From Capsulimonadales bacterium (GTDB lineage Bacteria > Armatimonadota > Armatimonadia > Armatimonadales > Armatimonadaceae), in the NCBI GenBank assembly GCA_033762295.1, contig JANRLW010000130.1, positions 1 to 54,800 on the forward strand: 54,800 bases of DNA. Reading direction: 5' to 3'. This document shows, in pieces, positions 1 to 8,905 of the stretch (position 1 is the stretch's first letter; each line of letters starts with the position of its first letter). A program made the position numbers and the translations under genes. A model generated the notes under the pieces. The model was not told the origin of the DNA, did not search any database, and worked only from the letters and a program-made list of their open reading frames with translations.

Positions 1-459
1 GAAGGGATTTCTGCCTCGTATCAGGTCCCAGAGGAAGCGGTTAAATCCGACTCCGGCGGCAAAGCCGGCCCCGCCACCAGCAAACGCACCAACCGGCGTT
101 CCCACGAACGCCCCGACCGGACCACCAACGGCCGCTCCCCCTCCGAAACCGCCACCGCCACCAAGGAGAAACCCGATCGCGCCGAAAGCCCCTCCCCACG
201 TCACGTCCCCGATTCGTTCCCATTCTTCGCCCGGGTCCGCCAGGCCGAGGGGGTCGGACCGGTTGACCGGATTGTTCCCGCAGTAAGCATACCAGTTCGT
301 GCCGTCGTATGCCGGGTCCGGAGAGAGGAAACGACCGACCGCCGGGTCGTACACACGATGTCCCATCACGATCAGGCCCGTCGTCGCGTCCGTCTGACCG
401 CCCGTGTCACCCGTGTATCCCAGAGGTGTCGGCGTTGATCCCGTCCGGGCGACGACCTC
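1..459 (-). pseudogene. Orphan Rhs-repeat-associated core C-terminus plus start of a Gly-rich toxin tip (runs off the window start; N-terminal Rhs body absent)
   Basis: Hand translation of the minus strand: EVVARTGSTPTPLGYTGDTGGQTDATTGLIVMGHRVYDPAVGRFLSPDPAYDGTNWYAYCGNNPVNRSDPLGL-ADPGEEWERIGDVTWGGAFGAIGFLLGGGGGFGGG...; matches the Rhs core RxYDPxxGRF..DP / NPxxxxDPxGL signature. Absent from the ORF track because the stop is outside the window. Confidence 0.85.
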
Positions 460-535
460 CCGGAGTTCGTGGTACGATTTCCACAGGGGAAGGATGCGTC
501 CGGAGAACGGTACCCCCCCCGGAAAGGCCAACGGA

Positions 536-739
536 ATGACGACGACTTTTTCCGCTCCCGATATTGAATGCGATGGCTGCGCCCGCGCCATCCGAACGGC
601 CCTCGGCCGCGTCGACGGCGTTCAGGAAGTGACCGTGGATGTTGAAGCCAAAACCGTCACCGTCCGGTATGAGACGACGACCGATGCCGTCCGTGAGGCG
701 CTGGACCGGGCCGGGTTCCCGGCCGAACCGCTGACATGA
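536..739 (+). CDS. Heavy-metal-associated (CopZ-like) metal chaperone
   Basis: 67 aa, DIECDGC CxxC motif, HMA-like pattern ending ALDRAGF; stop overlaps the next ATG (ATGA). Confidence 0.85.
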   Translation: MTTTFSAPDIECDGCARAIRTALGRVDGVQEVTVDVEAKTVTVRYETTTDAVREALDRAGFPAEPLT

Positions 740-1527
740 ACCCGATTCCGCTTCTGATCTTCCTGCTCCCGATCGGCAGCCAGCCACCGCCACCCGCGAC
801 CGGCGGCGCGCCGTCGCCCAAAACACTCCGGTTTTCCGGCTACGAATGGGTCGTGCGCGGCTCCGGCAAGGGAGGACCGGGACCGAACGAGTGGTCGGAG
901 GAGAGTGTCCGCCTCGATGACAAAGGCCACCTCCATTTGAAAATCCGACGTGTCCGCGTCCCGGCGACCGCCACCGCGCCCGCCCGCGACGAATGGCGGT
1001 GCGCCGAAGTCCACACACGGCTGAAACTGGGGCATGGTGAGTACACGTTCGAAGTCGTCGGGGCGATCGATCGGCTCGATCCCAATATCGTGCTCGGTCT
1101 GTTCGATTACCCGGCTCCCGGCGACGGGGCGGACGGAACCAACGAGATCGATATCGAGTTCGCACGCTGGGGAAACCCGCGCTATCCGAACGGCAACTAC
1201 ACGATCTACCCCGCAGACGGACCGCGCGACCCGAACGCCTCCCATACCTTCCGCTTCCGGTTTGATGACAGTTCGCCGACCATGCGGACGACGCACCGGT
1301 TTCGCCGCGAAAACGAGGGCGTTCGGTTTCAATTTTTCCGTGGGACGGCGAAAAAAGGATCGCGACCCTGGAAGGAGTGGGAATACCGCGCGCCGTTCCA
1401 TCGGGCCATACCGCAACAGGCGCTACCCGTCCATATCAACCTCTGGCTCTTTCAAGGACGCCCGCCGACCGATAATCAGGAGACGGAAATCGTGATCCGC
1501 TCCTTTTCCTTTGTCCCGTCGCCGTGA
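736..1527 (+). CDS. Secreted GH16-like glycoside hydrolase
   Basis: Hydrophobic N-terminus; catalytic EIDIE motif; FSGYEW and INLWLF segments. Confidence 0.75.
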   Translation: MNPIPLLIFLLPIGSQPPPPATGGAPSPKTLRFSGYEWVVRGSGKGGPGPNEWSEESVRLDDKGHLHLKIRRVRVPATATAPARDEWRCAEVHTRLKLGHGEYTFEVVGAIDRLDPNIVLGLFDYPAPGDGADGTNEIDIEFARWGNPRYPNGNYTIYPADGPRDPNASHTFRFRFDDSSPTMRTTHRFRRENEGVRFQFFRGTAKKGSRPWKEWEYRAPFHRAIPQQALPVHINLWLFQGRPPTDNQETEIVIRSFSFVPSP

Positions 1528-1546
1528 TTCGCCCGGAAAGAGACCC

Positions 1547-3511
1547 ATGACACACTGCTTTCGCCCACTGGCCGCCGCGACACTGCTGCTCGTCGGCGTC
1601 GCGATCAGTTCCTGCCAGCCCACCGTCGCCCGGTCCGTGGCCGCGGTTCCGAAGGAGGCCACGGTTTCGACCGTCGCACCCGTCTCGGAACAGATCCTGG
1701 TCGATCAGTTCGGCTGGCGTGCCGCCGCAACGCGCAAGGTAGCACTGATCGCCGATCCGACGCAGGGACAGAACAAGGATCGTCGTTACACCCCGGGCGA
1801 TACCTTCGAACTGCGCCGTGCGGACGACGGCAGAACCGTCTTCACCGGGAAGACGGTCGCCTGGCGCGACGGCGAAGTGCATACGGCTTCCGGCGACCGC
1901 GTTTGGTCCTGCGACTTTTCCACCTTCCGAACGCCCGGACGGTACGTCCTCTACGATCCCCGGAACGACCGCGCCTCCTATCCGTTCGAGTTGCGCGATT
2001 CGCTGTACCGCCCGGTGCTCACGGTTTCGGTTCGAACTTTCTATTATCAGCGGTGCGGGACGTCGATCGACGCAAAGCATGGCGGCGCATGGACCCATGA
2101 TCCCTGTCATATCGGCCCGAATCAGGACCGCGCGGCGCAATTGCATACCGACGCTCCCCAGGGGCAGCCGCGCGACGTGTCCGGCGGCTGGCACGATGCC
2201 GGCGACGATACCAAGTACGTCGCCTTCCTCCCGAGCGTCCTGGGCGATCTGATGATGGCGTACGAACGCCATCCGTCGGCGTTTCCGGACGATACCGGCA
2301 TCCCCGAAAGCGGCAACGGCGTCCCGGATCTCCTCGATGAGATCCGGTGGGAACTGGACTGGCTCCTGAAGATGCAGGCGGCGGATGGTTCGGTCCGTAA
2401 CCGGGTCTCCGAGAAAAGCTATGCCAACGGCAAAGGTCCGGCCGAGGACACACAGCCGCGTTACTACACCCGCTCGACCACCTGGGCGACCGCGACCTTC
2501 GCGGCGACGCTCGCCCATGCCGCCCGCCTCTTTCCGCCGTTCGAAAAGCGATATCCGGGGTATGCCGCCCGACTGCTCGGAGCGGCACGCCGCGCATGGA
2601 CGTACCTGGAGAAAACGCCGGCGATGACTCCGGCCGACGGCAAGGACGGCGCACAAATGGCCGCCGCGCCGGGCGACAGTAACCCCCAGGCGGACAAACG
2701 GCTACGCCTCTGGGCGGCGGCGGAGTTGTTCGCGACCACGCATGAACCCGGGTTCGACCGCTACGTCCGCGAAAACGCCCACGACAAATCCGGCACCGCC
2801 GATCAGGGACAGCATCCCCTGGTCGACGGAATGATCGATCCCGCTCGTTCCGCCGATCTCGTCCGGGCGTTCGTCGTCTATGCCGAAACCGGAGGCGCGG
2901 ACTCGAAACTGACCGAGGAGATCAAAACCGTCCTCAAAAACACGATGGAGCGGACACTGGTCCCCGCCTATGAAAAACAGGACGATCCCTATCGCGGTTT
3001 TATGTGGGACGGGCATTACGCCTGGGGTTCGAACCAGCAAAAAGCGAACTGGGCCAAGATCGCTCTGCATGCGCTCCGACTTAATGTCGCCCCGGAACGG
3101 AACGCGCTGTACGAAGAGATCGCGGAGGAGTATCTGCACTACTTCCACGGGCGGAACCCGCTGGGTTTCGTCTATCTGACCAATATGGGCGAACGCGGCG
3201 CGAAACTGGGCGCGAGCAAGAGCGTGATGGAGGTCTACCACCACTGGTTCCAGGACGGTTCCCCCCTGTACGACGGACCCGGATCGAAACTGGGTCCCGC
3301 CCCCGGCTTTGTGCCGGGCGGCCCGAACTACCATTTCACCCGGAAGTGGATCGCGCCGCCCTACGGGGAACCGCCGATGAAGGCGTACCGGGAGTGGAAC
3401 ACCGGATGGAACAATGAGCGCCGCGATACGGAGAACTCGTGGGAGATCACCGAACCGGCGATCTACTATCAGGCCGCCTATACGATGCTGCTGGCCGCGT
3501 TCGCCCGTTGA
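1547..3511 (+). CDS. GH9 glycoside hydrolase with N-terminal Ig-like domain, probable lipoprotein
   Basis: Signal ending ISSC; ILVDQFGW; FYYQRCG; GGWHDAGD catalytic motif; C-terminal TEPAIYYQA. Confidence 0.88.
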   Translation: MTHCFRPLAAATLLLVGVAISSCQPTVARSVAAVPKEATVSTVAPVSEQILVDQFGWRAAATRKVALIADPTQGQNKDRRYTPGDTFELRRADDGRTVFTGKTVAWRDGEVHTASGDRVWSCDFSTFRTPGRYVLYDPRNDRASYPFELRDSLYRPVLTVSVRTFYYQRCGTSIDAKHGGAWTHDPCHIGPNQDRAAQLHTDAPQGQPRDVSGGWHDAGDDTKYVAFLPSVLGDLMMAYERHPSAFPDDTGIPESGNGVPDLLDEIRWELDWLLKMQAADGSVRNRVSEKSYANGKGPAEDTQPRYYTRSTTWATATFAATLAHAARLFPPFEKRYPGYAARLLGAARRAWTYLEKTPAMTPADGKDGAQMAAAPGDSNPQADKRLRLWAAAELFATTHEPGFDRYVRENAHDKSGTADQGQHPLVDGMIDPARSADLVRAFVVYAETGGADSKLTEEIKTVLKNTMERTLVPAYEKQDDPYRGFMWDGHYAWGSNQQKANWAKIALHALRLNVAPERNALYEEIAEEYLHYFHGRNPLGFVYLTNMGERGAKLGASKSVMEVYHHWFQDGSPLYDGPGSKLGPAPGFVPGGPNYHFTRKWIAPPYGEPPMKAYREWNTGWNNERRDTENSWEITEPAIYYQAAYTMLLAAFAR

Positions 3512-3574
3512 TCCCCACCGAAAGTTACTCCACGGCTCACCGAACGGAAGAATCCGTCGGCCTTCCGATCGCTT

Positions 3575-4891
3575 CTACTCCTCCCACGGTTCCTTCGGCT
3601 TCGGTTCGGGCGGCGGCGGACGGTCGATCCAGAACTCTTCCAGCCGTCCGGTCAGAGATTTGGCGATCTCGGCGGACACATGGATGGCGTCCGGGGCGTA
3701 TTCCACCGAATGTACCACGCCGAACTCGTAGCAGAAAGCGACCAGTTCCGACCGGTCGTAGGGAATCGACAGGTTCATAGTCGCGACCAGCGTCTTCACC
3801 GTCGCCGTAATACGGTCCATCAGCGCGCCGATCCCCTCCTTCTTCAGCGCGGAGATGTACACCGCATTGGGCGAGGAGGCGACCAGGGTGCGCAGTTCGT
3901 ACTGATCCCGCACCAGGTCCGCCTTATTGAACACCGTGACCATCGGCTTGTCGCCCGCGCCGATCGCGTCCAGCGTTTCGTACACCGTGTCACGGTGGCG
4001 GTCCGATTCCGGTGAGGACGCATCGACGATATGCAGCAGGAAATCGGCCTCGACCGTCTCCTCCAGCGTGGCGCGAAAGGCGGCGATCAGGTCGTGCGGC
4101 AGGTTTCGGATGAATCCGACCGTGTCGGTGAGCAACAGCCCGCGCCCGTCCGGCAGGACGACGCGCCGCGTGGTCGGGTCCAGCGTCGAGAAGAGCATCC
4201 GGTCGGCCAGAACATCCGACCCGGACAACAGGTTCAAAATGGTGGACTTTCCGGCGGACGTATAGCCGACGAGCGCGGCGGACGGGAACGGAAGCTTGCG
4301 GCGAGAGATACGCTGCTGGCGACGGTTCTTGCGGACCTCGTCCAGTTCGCGTTCCAGTTCGGTGATTCGCTCGCGGATCTTTCGTCGGTCGAGCTCCAGT
4401 TTGGTTTCACCGCCGCCTCCCCGGACGCCGATACCGCCCTGCTGACGTTCGAACTTGGTGTACATCAGTCCGATGCGCGGCAGAAGATACATCATCTGAG
4501 CGAGTTCCACCTGGAGTTTTCCCTCCCGGGTGCGCGCCCGCTGTGCGAAGATGTCCAGAATCAGTTGCGTGCGGTCGATGACCTTCACCTGCAGCGTCTC
4601 GGAGAGGTTGCGCTGCTGGGTGGGCGACAGTTCGTCGTCGAAGACGACCATGGTAGCGTCGGTCTCCTTGACCTCGCCGTAGAGTTCGTCCGCCTTGCCG
4701 TGCCCGATGAAATAGGCCGGGTCCGGCGACTTGCGCCGCTGCCCGATCTTGCGAAGGACCCGTGCGCCCGCCGTCTGTGTCAGCTCCTGCAGTTCGTCCA
4801 GACGCGCTTCCAGGCTGTCGCCCAGGTCTTCGATTTCCAGCGCCACGAGGATCGCCCGTTCGACATGGCTGGTCTCGTGCATCCGCACCAA
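3575..4891 (-). CDS. hflX: GTPase HflX
   Basis: [41 protein letters not shown]; start could be ATG 4882. Confidence 0.96.
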   Translation of the reverse strand: MVRMHETSHVERAILVALEIEDLGDSLEARLDELQELTQTAGARVLRKIGQRRKSPDPAYFIGHGKADELYGEVKETDATMVVFDDELSPTQQRNLSETLQVKVIDRTQLILDIFAQRARTREGKLQVELAQMMYLLPRIGLMYTKFERQQGGIGVRGGGGETKLELDRRKIRERITELERELDEVRKNRRQQRISRRKLPFPSAALVGYTSAGKSTILNLLSGSDVLADRMLFSTLDPTTRRVVLPDGRGLLLTDTVGFIRNLPHDLIAAFRATLEETVEADFLLHIVDASSPESDRHRDTVYETLDAIGAGDKPMVTVFNKADLVRDQYELRTLVASSPNAVYISALKKEGIGALMDRITATVKTLVATMNLSIPYDRSELVAFCYEFGVVHSVEYAPDAIHVSAEIAKSLTGRLEEFWIDRPPPPEPKPKEPWEE

Positions 4892-5167
4892 TCGTTCCGC
4901 TATGGTCGTACCCTCCGCTAACGGTATCGCGTCTCCGGCTCCCGCCGTTAAGTTTCGATCCCGTTTTCTTCCATACGGTTTTATCGCTGTCGATGTTCGA
5001 CCCGCAACCGAAACCGGGGCGGACCGGGCCGCCCCCGGCGATTAGTGAAGAACCTCACGCTCGTCCGTTCCGCTGACGGAAACCGGCCAGGGCACGATCA
5101 CGGGGGGCAATGGCACAGCGAACTACGACCGAACGATCCGACGCCGGCGGATGGCCCCGTAAGACGC

Positions 5168-5208
5168 CGGAAATCGGGGAGCGTGAGTGACAAACTCCCC
5201 GGTTTCCG
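5168..5208. terminator. Stem-loop just downstream of the aminotransferase gene, probable terminator
   Basis: cggaaatcggggag (5168-5181) pairs with ctccccggtttccg (5195-5208), one imperfect pair. Confidence 0.5.
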
Positions 5209-5219
5209 TTATCAATCAT

Positions 5220-6398
5220 TTACCAGCGGAGGTCCATGGTGTCCCGAATCCGCCGGACGGCTTCGGCGACCCGCTCCCCGTTTTTGTCGGCGAGCGTGAG
5301 GGACATTCGAACGTACCCCTCGCCGTGCTCGCCGTAGCCCACACCGGGAATCGCGAGAACGCCCGCTTTTTGCAACAGGTCGGCGGCGAAGGACATCGAG
5401 GTGTGCCCCGGCGGCACCGGAATCCAGACGAAGAACCCGGCCTTCGGTTTCTCCAGGTTCCATCCGAGGGAGTTAAGCCCCTCGATCAGAATGTCGCGGC
5501 GGCGTTCGTACAGCGCGAGCGTGCAATCGTTGTTCATATGCAGCATCGCCCAACCCGCCGCGCGGGAGACCGCGGCGAACTGCTTGCTGTCGACGTTGGA
5601 CTTCATTTTGTTGAGAGTCGCGATGGCGTCCGTGTTTCCGGCCGCGAACCCGATCCGCCATCCGGTCATGTTGAACGTCTTCGACAGCGAATGCGTCTCG
5701 ATGGCGACGTCCTTCGCGCCGGGCACCTGCAGGATCGACGGCACCCGGTAGCCGTCGTAGGCGACCTCGGCATAGGCGCAGTCGTTGCAGATGAGAATAT
5801 CGTACTCGCGCGCGAACGCGACGGCATCGGCCAGGAACTCCTTCGTGGCGATCGCGCCGGTCGGGTTATGCGGGTAATTGAGGAACAGGATCTTCGCCGC
5901 CTTCGCGACTTCGGTCGGGATGATCGAAAGATCGGGCATCCAGCGGTTTTCCGGCAGCAGCGGCATCGGGTAGGGTGTGCCGCCGGCCATCAGGGTGTTG
6001 ACCTTCGGCACGGTGTAGGACGGGTCCTGCACCAGGGTGTAGTCGCCCGGATCGACGTACGCCCAGCAAAGGTGCGCCAGCCCCTCTTTGGAACCGATCA
6101 GCAGGAGCAGTTCGCGGTTCGGGTCCATGGACACACCGAACCGACGCTCGAACCACCGAGCGGCCGCCTCGAGAAAAACGGGATCACCGGCGCCGGATTC
6201 ATCATATCGATGGGTTTCGGGGTCCTGCGCTTCCTGATAGAGTCGGTCAACGATCGGAGCGGGCGTGGGTTGGTCGGGGTCTCCGATTCCGAGATCGATC
6301 AGGTCGCGGCCTTCGGCGCGTGCGGCGGCTTTGAGTTTGGCGATTTCGCCGAAGAGGTAGGGGGGAATCAGATCAAGTCGTTGTGCGCGTGCGGGCAT
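5220..6398 (-). CDS. PLP-dependent class I/II aminotransferase, LL-diaminopimelate aminotransferase-like
   Basis: PPYLF, DLGIGDPD, GSKEGLAH, NYPHNPTG, SLSKTFNMTGWRIG. Confidence 0.88.
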   Translation of the reverse strand: MPARAQRLDLIPPYLFGEIAKLKAAARAEGRDLIDLGIGDPDQPTPAPIVDRLYQEAQDPETHRYDESGAGDPVFLEAAARWFERRFGVSMDPNRELLLLIGSKEGLAHLCWAYVDPGDYTLVQDPSYTVPKVNTLMAGGTPYPMPLLPENRWMPDLSIIPTEVAKAAKILFLNYPHNPTGAIATKEFLADAVAFAREYDILICNDCAYAEVAYDGYRVPSILQVPGAKDVAIETHSLSKTFNMTGWRIGFAAGNTDAIATLNKMKSNVDSKQFAAVSRAAGWAMLHMNNDCTLALYERRRDILIEGLNSLGWNLEKPKAGFFVWIPVPPGHTSMSFAADLLQKAGVLAIPGVGYGEHGEGYVRMSLTLADKNGERVAEAVRRIRDTMDLRW

Positions 6399-6597
6399 GG
6401 TCAGCGGGCCTCCTGGGTAAAGGACGGCAAGCCCGAAGCGGGGTTCGCCGTGCGGATTTGTCGGTTCTGTTCATCGCCAGTGAATTGTCGGATCGTTTGA
6501 CCCGGCGTCAGCAGGGAACGCATTGCTGCCAATCCTTCGATTTTCGCGGTTGGGTATAGAGACGCGAAAAGGCCACCATTTCGGTTAGCCTTCCGAC

Positions 6598-6626
6598 AGT
6601 TTATCAACCGTCGCCGGTTTTGTAAA
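6598..6626 (-). promoter_or_regulatory. Sigma70-type promoter for the aminotransferase
   Basis: Minus strand TTTACA-17 nt-TAAACT, TG upstream of -10. Confidence 0.55.
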
Positions 6627-6678
6627 GATTTTCGAGCTTCCGGAAGGCGTTCGAATCGAAGATCACGAACCCAAGGGT

Positions 6679-7371
6679 ATGGAAACGCTGACCCGTGAGG
6701 TATTCGAACGAGAGGGATTCGGCTTTGTGCCGGGGCTTTTCACCGAGGCGGAATGCGCCGCCATGAAAGCCGAAATTCTTCGCCTGGTGGCGGAAAAAGG
6801 CGATCATGCCGGTGTGTTCGTCGGACTGGCCGCCCATAGTCCGCTGTTCGCCGAACTGCGGAGCCATCCCCGCCTGCTGGACGCCTTGGAAACCCTCTAC
6901 GGACCGGATATCGAGTTCCTTTCCGACAAGATCGTCTACAAGTCCCGGGACAAGGATTTCGGATCGCCGTGGCACCAGGATTGGCCTTACTGGGAAGGAG
7001 CGCACAAGATATCGGTCTGGGTCGCCCTCGACCCGGCAACCCCGGAGTCGGGATGCCTGAAGGTGCTTCCCGGCAGTCACAAAAACGTCGCCACCCACGA
7101 CGGCGAGGCGGCCCCCGGCGAAGGGTTCGGTCATCGGCTGCGCCCCGACGCCGTTGACGAATCCAAAGCGATCACTCTGCCCTGCGCAATCGGCGATGCG
7201 ATCTTTTTTCACGATCTGCTGCTGCATGCCTCGCACCCGAACCGTTCCGGCGCGGACCGTTATGCCTTCATCACCACCTATCGCAACGCCGCCGAACCCG
7301 ACCGGCAATACGCCTGGGCGGTCGCAGCGAAGATTGTCCGTGCTTCGACGGCAGGAAAATCCACTCAATAA
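6679..7371 (+). CDS. Phytanoyl-CoA dioxygenase (PhyH) family Fe(II)/2OG oxygenase
   Basis: PWHQD, WVALD, GCLKVLPGSH, LLHASHPN..R motifs. Confidence 0.9.
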   Translation: METLTREVFEREGFGFVPGLFTEAECAAMKAEILRLVAEKGDHAGVFVGLAAHSPLFAELRSHPRLLDALETLYGPDIEFLSDKIVYKSRDKDFGSPWHQDWPYWEGAHKISVWVALDPATPESGCLKVLPGSHKNVATHDGEAAPGEGFGHRLRPDAVDESKAITLPCAIGDAIFFHDLLLHASHPNRSGADRYAFITTYRNAAEPDRQYAWAVAAKIVRASTAGKSTQ

Positions 7372-7430
7372 CCGACAAATGTATTTACTTTTCCGGGTCC
7401 GACCGGAGGATTCCCTGACAGGTCTTGCTC

Positions 7431-7459
7431 TTGACCCTCGGTGCCACTTGTGGTATCGT
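7431..7459 (+). promoter_or_regulatory. Sigma70-type promoter
   Basis: TTGACC-17 nt-TATCGT with extended -10 TG. Confidence 0.6.
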
Positions 7460-7465
7460 GAACGG

Positions 7466-7574
7466 GATTCAAGCCGCGACGTTGCGATGCCCTGAGGTCT
7501 ACGGGAATCCCGCCACGGACTCTCCCCCCAGGACATTCCCTCCGATGAACGGTTGCGCGGCGTTCGCTTGAATC
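7466..7574 (+). ncRNA. Candidate structured RNA (sRNA or 5' leader), family unknown
   Basis: Starts 7 nt after the -10; ends pair perfectly (gattcaagc/gcttgaatc); inner helices cgcgac-gtt/aac-g-gttgcg and gggaat/attccc. Confidence 0.35.
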
Positions 7575-7642
7575 GAAAAACGCTCGTCTGGGGACACGTT
7601 TCCGGCCTACGGCAGACCGAAGACGATCTTCGCCGACCGGGT

Positions 7643-8713
7643 ATGCCCGTGCCTGATGAACTGTTGGCTACACACATATCTGCCATACCTGCCGTAAACG
7701 CCGATTCGCCACAGGCGGAAGGGAGCGCCTTTCCGACAATCGCGGTCGTTCCCGTGGCCGGTCACGGAACCCGGCTCCGTCCGCTTTCCGCCTTCATTCC
7801 CAAAGAACTCCTGCCGATCGGACGTCATCTGGCCCTCTGGCGGATTGCCGGGGAGCTGGCGCATGCCGGAATCCGGCGTATCGTCTTCGTCGTGTCGCCG
7901 GAAAAGCAATCCTTTGTCGAGCGTTGTTTCACCGGCCATGAGGAACGGTCCGTCCTCGCCTCTCTTTCCATCGACTATTGCGTTCAGCCGACGATGCGCG
8001 GCCTGGGAGACGCGGTCCTGTGCGCCCGTGAAGCGGTCGCCGATCAGCCGTTCCTCGTCGCTCTGGGAGACGCGGTCTACGAAGAAAATGAACCGGGCGG
8101 CCTGATACGCCGTCTGATGGGTGCGTATGTCGCCGAGCAGGCGTCGGTCGGTCTGGCGGTGCAGCGTGTTCCGAAGAACCGTCTTTCCCGCTACGGGGTC
8201 GTTCGCCCCGTCCGCCCGTTGACGGTGACCGATGCCACCATTGCGAGCGTGCCGGCGGGCGCGGAGTTGGCGGCGCTGGCGTCCCCGCCGACCCTGGCGG
8301 GCATCGCGGAAATCGCCGGCGATCCGGAGGAAAGTCTGCCCGACGTCCTGACGATCGACGATATCGTGGAGAAGCCCGCCCCGGAGGACGCGCCGAGCGA
8401 CCTGGCCGCCGCCGCACGCTACGTGCTGTCCCCGGAGGTTTTTGCCGTTCTGGCGGAAACCGCGCCGGACGGGCGGGGCGAGGTTCAGCTGACGACCGCG
8501 CTGCGAACGCTTCTCCGCAGTGGAAAAAAAGGCGTCGCCGTTCCGCTCCGAAATGACGAGGTGCGGCACGATATTGGCAGTCCCGATTCTTACTTCCGCG
8601 CGTTCGTCACCTTTGCGGCGCGAGATCCGGAACAGGGACCGGAGTTCGTCGCTTTCCTGCGACGGTTCGCGGAGGAGAGACGATTCGACCGCGAGGAATC
8701 GGAGAATCGTTAG
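7643..8713 (+). CDS. Sugar-phosphate nucleotidyltransferase, GalU-like
   Basis: PVAGHGTRLRP..PKELLP, QP..RGLGDAV, LGD, RYGVV, VEKP, GEVQLT; start uncertain. Confidence 0.85.
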   Translation: MPVPDELLATHISAIPAVNADSPQAEGSAFPTIAVVPVAGHGTRLRPLSAFIPKELLPIGRHLALWRIAGELAHAGIRRIVFVVSPEKQSFVERCFTGHEERSVLASLSIDYCVQPTMRGLGDAVLCAREAVADQPFLVALGDAVYEENEPGGLIRRLMGAYVAEQASVGLAVQRVPKNRLSRYGVVRPVRPLTVTDATIASVPAGAELAALASPPTLAGIAEIAGDPEESLPDVLTIDDIVEKPAPEDAPSDLAAAARYVLSPEVFAVLAETAPDGRGEVQLTTALRTLLRSGKKGVAVPLRNDEVRHDIGSPDSYFRAFVTFAARDPEQGPEFVAFLRRFAEERRFDREESENR

Positions 8714-8905
8714 ATAAACGGAATTCGGAAGTCCCGAAAAGGAGTATCCACAATAAAAGGATAAATCGAAAGACTTCCGCTGCAAGGGGGCAGGAAACAG
8801 CGACGAGGCGTTGGCTGGAAGTTCTTACGTGATGGGCCGGGACGGGTTCGCCGTTCGGGTTCGCGCGTTTCCGGATCTTTGCGGAAGAAAAGAGATACGT
8901 TGGGC

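Noticed and set aside
41..223. 60-aa Arg/Trp-rich ORF on the minus strand
   Set aside because: Alternate frame of the Gly-rich Rhs tip; the Rhs frame carries the recognisable motifs.
4892..5219. Possible small gene or RNA between hflX and the aminotransferase
   Set aside because: No convincing RBS, motif or fold beyond the terminator-like hairpin.
6399..6600. Lysine riboswitch
   Set aside because: The conserved core sequence was not recognisable; kept only as an unknown leader.
7466..7574. 6S RNA or SRP RNA assignment
   Set aside because: Too short for typical 6S and lacks the SRP domain IV motif.
8744..8752. DnaA-box-like gtatccaca
   Set aside because: A single mismatched box with no cluster or unwinding element; not an origin.
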